The notes under the pieces were generated by a model. It saw only the letters and a program-made list of their open reading frames with translations. It did no database searches and was not told where the DNA came from. Source: an uncultured SAR86 cluster bacterium (GTDB taxonomy: Bacteria; Pseudomonadota; Gammaproteobacteria; Magnimaribacterales; D2472). From it: a stretch of 64,000 nucleotides of DNA. The stretch spans positions 155,681 to 219,680 of the forward strand of contig CACELG010000001.1 in assembly GCA_902560315.1 (NCBI GenBank). The letters are read 5' to 3'. Positions 21,824-29,237 of the stretch are shown piece by piece (position 1 is the stretch's first letter; each line of letters begins with the position of its first letter). A program made the position numbers and the translations under genes.

Positions 21824-22720
21824 ATGAACAATAATTCATTTATTCTTAACGATATAAAAGAATACTTGGTATTTGTGTCACAGGTTAAAAATCTTTCTGA
21901 AAATACTTCTAAGTCTTATGAAAGGGACTTAAAAAAACTTGATTCATTTCTAAAAGATATAAATATTTCAAATTATTCACAAATTAATGTTGAAACCTGC
22001 TCTGCATGGATAGGAAGTCTTTATTCTCAGAATAATAATCCTAGGAGTATTCAAAGACACTTATCATCAGCAAAAGGTTTTTTTAGATTTTTAAAAAAGA
22101 ATAATCTAATAGATTCCTCGCCTTTTGATTTAGTTACAGCTCCTAAATCTTCTAGCACCCTTCCTGAAGTTTTGTCACCAGAGGATGTTGAGCAACTCTT
22201 AAATTTTAAGCCAACAAATATGATAGAGATTAGGGATATGGCAATTGTAGAACTTATGTATTCATCAGGATTAAGAGTTTCAGAAACAGTAAATATAAAT
22301 ATAAATGATTTTGAAGAGAATAAATCTTTCTTACGTGTTCTTGGAAAAGGTGCAAAAACTAGATTGGTTCCAATGGGAAGGTTTGCAATAAATGCAATTG
22401 ATGATTGGTTAAAAGAAAGGGATAAAATCCAAAACAATACGGATGCTCTTTTTTTAAATACTAAAGGAACAAGATTAACTGTAAGGAGTATTCAATTAAG
22501 GCTTAAAAAAATGGCTGTTAAACAGGGACTTCCTCCAATTCATCCTCATATGCTAAGACATAGTTTTGCAACTCACATGCTAGAATCAAGTGGTGACCTC
22601 AGAACAATCCAAGAACTATTAGGTCACAGCTCTTTATCCACAACACAAATTTATACTAAGTTAGATTATCAACATCTGGCAAAGATTTATGATCAATCTC
22701 ACCCTAGAGCTAAAAAATGA
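21824..22720 (+). CDS. xerC: Tyrosine recombinase XerC
   Basis: YSSGLRVSE, GKG.K.R, HPHMLRHSFATH, LLGHSSLSTTQIY, HPRA; dapF-yigA-xerC-yigB order. Confidence 0.95.
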   Translation: MNNNSFILNDIKEYLVFVSQVKNLSENTSKSYERDLKKLDSFLKDINISNYSQINVETCSAWIGSLYSQNNNPRSIQRHLSSAKGFFRFLKKNNLIDSSPFDLVTAPKSSSTLPEVLSPEDVEQLLNFKPTNMIEIRDMAIVELMYSSGLRVSETVNININDFEENKSFLRVLGKGAKTRLVPMGRFAINAIDDWLKERDKIQNNTDALFLNTKGTRLTVRSIQLRLKKMAVKQGLPPIHPHMLRHSFATHMLESSGDLRTIQELLGHSSLSTTQIYTKLDYQHLAKIYDQSHPRAKK

Positions 22721-23424
22721 TTAAGCAAATCAAAATGATAACTTTTGATCTTGATGATACCCTTTGGGACAACCATCCAACCATCATGAAAGCTGAAGTT
22801 GATACTAGAAAATGGATTGAGAATAAAGTTGGAGAAGTTGAATGGGGAGATTTTAATGACTTCATAAATCTTCGTGCTGATCTAATTAGAGAAGATGAGA
22901 CTATAGAATGGGATATAAGCAAACTTAGAAAAGAGATTTTTAGAAAAAAACTTAGTCATGTCACTCCAGAGAATCTTAGAAACGAAATTGTAGATAAAGC
23001 TTTCGACATCTTCATTGAAAAAAGGCATGAAATCAAATTGTTTGATGGAGTTAAAGAGTCTATAAAGAACTTGTCAGAAAAATATATTTTAGGGGTTCTA
23101 ACTAATGGCAATGCAGATGTGTATAAGTTTGATATAGGTAAGTATTTTAGGTTTTCTATAAGTTCTCTTGAGGCAAAAAATAGCAAGCCAAATCGTGCTC
23201 ACTTTGATATGGCAATTTCGCGAGTGAGTAATATTTCATTCGATAATATTCTTCATATTGGCGACCATCAAATTAATGATATTTTTTGTGCATATAATCT
23301 TGGTATAGATACACTATGGTTTAATAATAATAATGTTAGTTGGGCTCAAGATTTTAAGAAACCTGATGAATTTTCTTCTTGGCATGATTTGGAACAGACT
23401 ATAAGAAATAAATATGAACGATAA
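22717..23424 (+). CDS. HAD-family phosphatase (YigB-like)
   Basis: FDLDDTLW, TNGNAD, KP, HIGDH..ND; follows xerC. Confidence 0.88.
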   Translation: MIKQIKMITFDLDDTLWDNHPTIMKAEVDTRKWIENKVGEVEWGDFNDFINLRADLIREDETIEWDISKLRKEIFRKKLSHVTPENLRNEIVDKAFDIFIEKRHEIKLFDGVKESIKNLSEKYILGVLTNGNADVYKFDIGKYFRFSISSLEAKNSKPNRAHFDMAISRVSNISFDNILHIGDHQINDIFCAYNLGIDTLWFNNNNVSWAQDFKKPDEFSSWHDLEQTIRNKYER

Positions 23425-23644
23425 AAATCTTTCGGAAGCGATCAAAAATATTATTGAAAAAGAACTTAAAGCTATTAGTAAATTATTACCTAAAGAAGTT
23501 ATATCTAATATAGAAAGTAAAATATCACCACAAGTTGAAAAAATAATTGATCAAAGTGGGTATATAAAGAAATCAAAATATAAAAACTTTGAGAAAATAA
23601 TTAATGAGCTTGAGAGTAGAATTTCTGAACTAGAAAAGAACTAA
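23414..23644 (+). CDS. Probable UbiK/YqiC (BMFP family) small coiled-coil protein
   Basis: 76 aa with C-terminal LESRISELE coiled coil; length and pattern fit the family. Confidence 0.6.
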   Translation: MNDKNLSEAIKNIIEKELKAISKLLPKEVISNIESKISPQVEKIIDQSGYIKKSKYKNFEKIINELESRISELEKN

Positions 23645-24228
23645 AGTTGGCTTAAGTAAGTGTCGATTCTTTCAGGGTTCATTACAAAACTTGGTTTAAG
23701 CTTAGTTGATGCTTCTTTAATTTCATCTAGGTTTACAGCTTCGCCAACCTGAATAACCCCAATCATTGCCATCATTACGTGAGGATCACATTGATAAACA
23801 TATATGCCTTCTGTATCAAGGGTGACGCTAATATCCATATTCATTTGACCAGCCCAATTTTCAGCTCCTTCTGGAACCATTCCATCAATGGATGCAGAAT
23901 TATGAGACATATCTACAGCCTTAAAATTAATTGTATCTCCTACAGAAACTTTTATTACAGCTGGTTCAAATATCATTTGTCCGCCTTCGCCTGAATTCAA
24001 CATTTTTATAGTATGTTCAGAACCTTGAGATAACTCTACTTTTTTAACCTCAATCGGAGCTGAGGCCATAACTTGAGTCGCTTGAGCGGCACTTCCACAA
24101 TCTTGTCCTTCCAAACATAGTTTTACAGGTACAGATAATCTATCTATAACTGCTTCTTCATACTTCTTTCCATTAAAAAGAACTAAGAAAAATAAAGGAA
24201 GTATTAGTAAAAATTTTCTATCAATCAT
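23641..24228 (-). CDS. Exported pseudoazurin-type blue copper protein with a cytochrome c5-like N-terminal leader
   Basis: Signal or anchor segment, then DRLSVPVKLCLEGQDC, an Ala-rich linker, and a pseudoazurin domain (KMLN.G..G.M.FEPA, HN, YQCDPHVMMAM giving the His/Cys/His/Met type-1 Cu ligands). No CxxCH. Confidence 0.88.
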   Translation of the reverse strand: MIDRKFLLILPLFFLVLFNGKKYEEAVIDRLSVPVKLCLEGQDCGSAAQATQVMASAPIEVKKVELSQGSEHTIKMLNSGEGGQMIFEPAVIKVSVGDTINFKAVDMSHNSASIDGMVPEGAENWAGQMNMDISVTLDTEGIYVYQCDPHVMMAMIGVIQVGEAVNLDEIKEASTKLKPSFVMNPERIDTYLSQL

Positions 24229-24232
24229 ATTT

Positions 24233-24856
24233 TTAAGAATTAGGTCTTTGCAGCTCTACGACGTGATCTACAACTTTTAATAACTTTTCGTAAGAACCTT
24301 TTGGTTCAATTATATATTTACCGTCAACAATTATCATTGGTACTGATGAAACTTTAAGCTGCCTTGCATGCTTGATTGCTCTATTAACTTGCTGTTTAAC
24401 AGTAAAGGAATTTAGATATTGCGATGAAACCTCTGGAGCTACTCCAAATTTTTCTAAAAAATCTTGAATAGTATTTGGGTTTTGTAAAAAATTACCTTCT
24501 TTATGAATGGTTACAAAAACAGCATTATGTGTGGATGGATCTAGTTTTAATGCCTCAATGGTGAAATACAAAGAAGCGTGGAGTTGATGAATGCCTCCCC
24601 ACGTAACGGGTATTTTGGATAGCTTTACATCATCTGTTTGTCTTGATTCCCATGCGTTAATTACAGGATCAAATTGATAGCAAGCATTGCATCCATACCA
24701 AAACGTTTCAGAAACCTCAACAACACCATCTCTTTTGACAGGTAAAGGATTGTCGACAATCCGATAATCTACGCCAAGCCTGAATTCAGCATTAGTAAGT
24801 GCTGTAAAAGATATGATAAATATGAAAATTAAACTATTCTTTATGTATTTTTTCAT
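24233..24856 (-). CDS. dsbA: Thiol:disulfide interchange protein DsbA
   Basis: Signal peptide, E.FWYGCNAC..F, cis-Pro loop SVP.IIV.GKY; downstream of cytochrome c4 as in Pseudomonadales. Confidence 0.88.
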   Translation of the reverse strand: MKKYIKNSLIFIFIISFTALTNAEFRLGVDYRIVDNPLPVKRDGVVEVSETFWYGCNACYQFDPVINAWESRQTDDVKLSKIPVTWGGIHQLHASLYFTIEALKLDPSTHNAVFVTIHKEGNFLQNPNTIQDFLEKFGVAPEVSSQYLNSFTVKQQVNRAIKHARQLKVSSVPMIIVDGKYIIEPKGSYEKLLKVVDHVVELQRPNS

Positions 24857-25518
24857 TGATATAACCCATGCATATAATTGGCCAAAGCATCTATTTCATA
24901 ATCAGAAAGGTTTTCAGAAATTGACTGCATAATATTTGAAGATTCTCCAGCATTTCTTTCTTTAGATCTATAAGCTTTCAGCGTTGATGTTAAATACCCA
25001 ACTTGTTGTCCTGCTATAGAGGGATAGCCAGCTAAACTATTCCCTTCTCCGTAGACAGAATGGCAGGATGTACAAGCAGGTATTTGTTTTTTCATATTTC
25101 CAAATCTATATAGCTGTGTACCTAGTGCTAATAGCTCCTCATCATTTTTTGCCTGGCCTACGGTTGAATTATATTGAGAATAAAAAGCAGCAATATCTTT
25201 TAAGTCATCATCACTTAATGTCTGAAGGTAGGGAGTAACTGACATCATAAGAACGTTCATCCTATCTCCATCTCTAAAATATTTTAGTTGCTCATAAAGA
25301 TATCTTTGATTCTGGCCTGAAAGTTTTGGCCAATCAGTACTAATACTATTTCCATCTACTCCATGACATGCAGCGCATGTTTCAACCAACAAAGATCCTT
25401 TATTTGCATTGCCTGAAATAAAAGACTCTGGCATTTCTATTTCTTTAGTTTTATCATCAGCAGCACTTAATACGCCAGTAAAGCTAAAGAAAATATAGAA
25501 TATTAGAAAATACTTCAT
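24853..25518 (-). CDS. Diheme cytochrome c4
   Basis: CAACH and CTSCH heme motifs, P.L.GQ repeats, distal Met residues, signal peptide. Start placed at ATG 25518. Confidence 0.93.
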   Translation of the reverse strand: MKYFLIFYIFFSFTGVLSAADDKTKEIEMPESFISGNANKGSLLVETCAACHGVDGNSISTDWPKLSGQNQRYLYEQLKYFRDGDRMNVLMMSVTPYLQTLSDDDLKDIAAFYSQYNSTVGQAKNDEELLALGTQLYRFGNMKKQIPACTSCHSVYGEGNSLAGYPSIAGQQVGYLTSTLKAYRSKERNAGESSNIMQSISENLSDYEIDALANYMHGLYQ

Positions 25519-25585
25519 TGAATATAAATTGTGTGTCTTGTAGGTGTGTATTATAAACATAGGTTGATATGATATAAACGGTTAA

Positions 25586-26167
25586 ATGAAAAACCTTTTT
25601 AAAAATACAGAGTTTGTTTTTGGCGTTACAAGCTATAGAAATCTTCCAGAAGATATTGGAAGCGAGGTTTTGCTTGCTGGTAGATCTAATGCTGGTAAAT
25701 CTAGTGCACTTAATATACTGACTGATAATCCAAAGCTAGCAAGAATCAGTAAAACTCCAGGCAGGACAACAGAAATTAATTTCTTTAAAGTAAATGAAGG
25801 GCTTATGCTGTTAGACCTTCCTGGATATGGCTTTGCAAAATCTAGTAAAGCAAAAAAGAAAGATTGGGGCCCATTATTAGGAGAATATTTTCAAAAAAGA
25901 AGAGCTTTAACTGCTGTGGTAATATTTATGGATATTCGTCATCCGCTTAAAGAAAGTGATTGGGAGATGATTCACCTTTGTAGGAATTTTAATGTTCCTT
26001 TTATACCGGCTCTTACAAAAAGCGACAAACTATCAAATAATAATATAAACAAGGCAATTACCTTCATTAAAGATAAGATTCCTGAATCAAATCCCATTGC
26101 TATATCTACTAAAGATAAAAATGGTTTTGACAAGCTTTCCAAAGAAATAATAAACTTTGTAAAGTAA
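25586..26167 (+). CDS. engB: Ribosome biogenesis GTPase YihA/EngB
   Basis: GRSNAGKSS, SKTPGRT, DLPGYG, TKSD. Confidence 0.96.
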   Translation: MKNLFKNTEFVFGVTSYRNLPEDIGSEVLLAGRSNAGKSSALNILTDNPKLARISKTPGRTTEINFFKVNEGLMLLDLPGYGFAKSSKAKKKDWGPLLGEYFQKRRALTAVVIFMDIRHPLKESDWEMIHLCRNFNVPFIPALTKSDKLSNNNINKAITFIKDKIPESNPIAISTKDKNGFDKLSKEIINFVK

Positions 26168-26670
26168 TGCTTGAATATCAAAAACAAAACTGTGATCTTA
26201 CCTTGCAAGAAGGATTAGAGTGTTACTACAACTCTTTTCCTGAGACCACAGAAATATTTGGAGATAATAATGAGTCTGGAACCCTTCTCAGAGACCATGA
26301 CTGTACACATGTAATTTTTGGGCTAGATATTTCTATTGAGCAAGAGTCTATTCTTGATAGTTGGGTATTATGGGGAAGCAAATGGGAATTAAAATATTTA
26401 TTAGGCTATCAAAAACTTCCCCAGATAAAAAAACTTTATAAAGACTTAGTAAATGAAATAGGATATTTTGGATTCATTAAAATTCTATGGAAGCTTAGTG
26501 GTATTAAAAGAAAGGTCATATTTAGAACCTTTAAGATGAAGAAGAAATGGCCATTTAAAATGCCCGAAGAGTATCTCTCAATGAAAATTTCGGATCTAAG
26601 AGAAATGCATGGTATTAAAGTTCTTCTTCCTGAAGAAATGATTTATATTCCATTAGAGAGAGTTCATTAA
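26167..26670 (+). CDS. Coq4-motif protein of unknown function
   Basis: HDCTH-VIFGLDISIEQ-E equals HDxxH-x11-E, the Coq4 metal motif; start overlaps the engB stop. Confidence 0.6.
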   Translation: MLEYQKQNCDLTLQEGLECYYNSFPETTEIFGDNNESGTLLRDHDCTHVIFGLDISIEQESILDSWVLWGSKWELKYLLGYQKLPQIKKLYKDLVNEIGYFGFIKILWKLSGIKRKVIFRTFKMKKKWPFKMPEEYLSMKISDLREMHGIKVLLPEEMIYIPLERVH

Positions 26671-27612
26671 TTGAAAAGGGTTCTCTTCCTTATCTCAATA
26701 TTGATTATTATTCCAGGTTGCTTATATCTCGCTCTAAACAGGGAAAATATTGATATAAATGAATTTAGGTTAAATTCTGGATACGAAGAAGTTAAGTTAA
26801 GTGATGGTATAACTTCTTATAAAGATATTGGAGATAAAAATAACAAAGTTATTGTTTTAGTTCATGGCGCCACTTTTGGATCACTTGCATATGAAGAATA
26901 TGTAAATGTCTTTATTGAAAATAACTATAGAGTAATAACCTATGACCAATATGGCAGAGGATATTCAGATAGAATACACAGTAACGTAAGTATTGAACTT
27001 ATGGAAAAACAACTAAAAGAACTGATTGAGCATTGTGAAGTTGAAGATGTAATATTATATGGTGTATCTTTTGGTGCTGCAGTTGTAGCTAAATATGCAT
27101 CAAATAACCCAAAAAACATTAGTTTTATAGGCTATCAAGTTCCAGTTATTAATTCTGCAAATGTTCCTCTATTATCAATAGTAAAAATTCCTTTATACGG
27201 TGACTTATTATCTAGAGGTTTTTTAGTTCCTGGTGTTTTAAAAAGAATAGAAGAATATGAGGATTTAATGAGTAAAAAGCTATTAGATCATTACATTGGG
27301 CAATTTGAGGTCAAAGGAACTGAAAAATTTTTTAAAAAATTCTTTTTAGGAAATGCTATGGGGAATAGGCTTAAAGACCATAGCATTATCGGAAATAATT
27401 ATATACCAAGCTATTTTGCCTATGCAGAAGATGATATAGAAATAGATTCAAAACTTGTTGATGAAGCAATTAAAAAATACCACAACCCAACAGTTAAAAA
27501 ATATTCTGGCGGTCATTTTTTTTCCACTGGGATAGAAAGAGAAGTAGCTCAGGAATTCATTGATAGTATGAAAAATAAAATACCTTCGCAAATAGAAAGG
27601 CATATAAATTAA
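26671..27612 (+). CDS. Membrane-anchored or exported alpha/beta hydrolase
   Basis: N-terminal hydrophobic segment, LVHG oxyanion loop, YDQYGRGYS, GVSFG nucleophile, candidate Asp (EDD) and His (GGH); TTG start. Confidence 0.85.
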   Translation: MKRVLFLISILIIIPGCLYLALNRENIDINEFRLNSGYEEVKLSDGITSYKDIGDKNNKVIVLVHGATFGSLAYEEYVNVFIENNYRVITYDQYGRGYSDRIHSNVSIELMEKQLKELIEHCEVEDVILYGVSFGAAVVAKYASNNPKNISFIGYQVPVINSANVPLLSIVKIPLYGDLLSRGFLVPGVLKRIEEYEDLMSKKLLDHYIGQFEVKGTEKFFKKFFLGNAMGNRLKDHSIIGNNYIPSYFAYAEDDIEIDSKLVDEAIKKYHNPTVKKYSGGHFFSTGIEREVAQEFIDSMKNKIPSQIERHIN

Positions 27613-27615
27613 CTA

Positions 27616-29208
27616 GTGTATTCAAGAAGAACTTTCTTAAAAATTACAGCAGGAATAATTGGCTTGTTTAGTGGAGGGTTCATATTACGAAACTCTAATA
27701 ATCAAAAAGTAAAACACATATTGGCCTCAGCCAGTCATGAGAAATTAGCGCTTAGTGTATCTTTGTCTAAAAAAACTTCGAGGTTAGAGTTGGTATTGGA
27801 TGATAGGGTTGTTATTAAAGGGATTCAAACAGATAGGATAGGAACAAACTGGAAATTCATATCGAACAAGCTTCTATCGAATAACACATATAAACTTCGA
27901 TTGATGTCAGAAGGTGAAGGTATTTATAAGTCATGGAACCTTAAGACCTTCCCTAGTCCAGATGCTAAAGTTGAAAATGTTTCAATAATGTCTTTCACTT
28001 GTGCTGGTGGTCCGGAGGGATTTAAAATCTCAGGTAAAGAGTTCTTTAAACCTTTTAGATTTCGACAAAAAGTCTTTGATGAAGGATTGTCTATGAACCC
28101 AGATTTTGCAATTTCTATAGGTGATCACATTTACTGGGATCTTAGAGGTCAAAATGCTCCTCAGATTGGTCGTAGAAATAAGTTAATAAAATTTTTTTTA
28201 GGAAGTTATATTGGTCTTGTCTATGGTTCTTTTAATAGATCTGAAAAAGCGAATAGCTCAAAAAATGAAAAAGTTCTTAAGAATATTGGTAATGAACAAA
28301 TAGCATCTCTTTATGGGACAAGATTTAAGAGTACGCCGATTTTCTTTATTCCTGATGATCATGATTATTTTGAAAATGATGATGCTGAAAAAGAACTTGT
28401 GACATTCCCTGCAGATAACTTCAGTAAAGATATTTTTAAAAAAATGGCTGACTTATTTTATCCTCCTTTATTAGATACTCCAGATGGAAAGCCCGGTAGA
28501 AAAATTGGCAGGATTAGATATGGAAATGTTTTTGAGGGTTTGATGGCAGATTGTGCAGGTGATATGACCTTAGGCGATAAAAACGCTGTATTAATTTCTA
28601 AGCAAAATGAAGAATGGCTCTTATCTAGAATAAAAGATTCTCAAGTCAAGCATTTAGCATTTATTCCCTCGCATCCTTTTGGATACACTGCCGGCAAATG
28701 GCGAGAGTGGTATCCGGATGTAGTAGCTGAAGAAGGAGCTACTGGAACTATATCTAATGAGCTGCTCTCTGAAGTAAAAGGATCTCTTACGACTGATGTA
28801 AGTAAATATCTTTGGCAGGAGGGATGGTTTCTTCAGCACCAAAGGTTGATCAAATCTATTTCTAAAAGAAAAGGCTCAAGATTAATATTTTCCGGTGATA
28901 TACATGCAATTGGTGCTGCTTCAATAATGCAATCAGGTGATATTAAATTAAAAAATGAAGTAAGAACTTTCTTAGTAGGGCCTGTCGGAAGCTCTAGTGC
29001 CGGGTGGCCATCCTTTGCAAGAGGCATAACAGCAGACAATCCTAAATCCTTGATATGTAATCCGGTCTTCAAAACTATAGAAGAAAACGGGTTTACTTTT
29101 TTTAAATTTGGCAAGGAATCTGTAGCAGAGATTATATCCTGTGGAGGTCATGATTCAGAAAATGAAGATACTGGAGAAATAGTTTCTAATAACAAGGTTT
29201 ATTTATAA
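27616..29208 (+). CDS. Tat-exported PhoD-like metallophosphoesterase
   Basis: SRRTFLK Tat motif; FTC, GDHIYWD, PDDHDY..ND and SGDIH motifs match the PhoD ligand pattern; GTG start. Confidence 0.78.
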   Translation: MYSRRTFLKITAGIIGLFSGGFILRNSNNQKVKHILASASHEKLALSVSLSKKTSRLELVLDDRVVIKGIQTDRIGTNWKFISNKLLSNNTYKLRLMSEGEGIYKSWNLKTFPSPDAKVENVSIMSFTCAGGPEGFKISGKEFFKPFRFRQKVFDEGLSMNPDFAISIGDHIYWDLRGQNAPQIGRRNKLIKFFLGSYIGLVYGSFNRSEKANSSKNEKVLKNIGNEQIASLYGTRFKSTPIFFIPDDHDYFENDDAEKELVTFPADNFSKDIFKKMADLFYPPLLDTPDGKPGRKIGRIRYGNVFEGLMADCAGDMTLGDKNAVLISKQNEEWLLSRIKDSQVKHLAFIPSHPFGYTAGKWREWYPDVVAEEGATGTISNELLSEVKGSLTTDVSKYLWQEGWFLQHQRLIKSISKRKGSRLIFSGDIHAIGAASIMQSGDIKLKNEVRTFLVGPVGSSSAGWPSFARGITADNPKSLICNPVFKTIEENGFTFFKFGKESVAEIISCGGHDSENEDTGEIVSNNKVYL

Positions 29209-29228
29209 ATAATTTGAGGCATTATTTA
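29206..29228. terminator. Possible weak bidirectional terminator between the phoD-like gene and polA
   Basis: TAAATAAT-ttgaggc-ATTATTTA: an 8-bp all-AT stem at the convergent junction; thermodynamically weak. Confidence 0.25.
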
Positions 29229-29237
29229 ATATGTTAT

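Noticed and set aside
21824-22720. Tyrosine recombinase as a prophage or island integrase
   Set aside because: It sits in the conserved dapF-yigA-xerC-yigB operon with XerC motifs; no att repeats, tRNA or cargo genes nearby.
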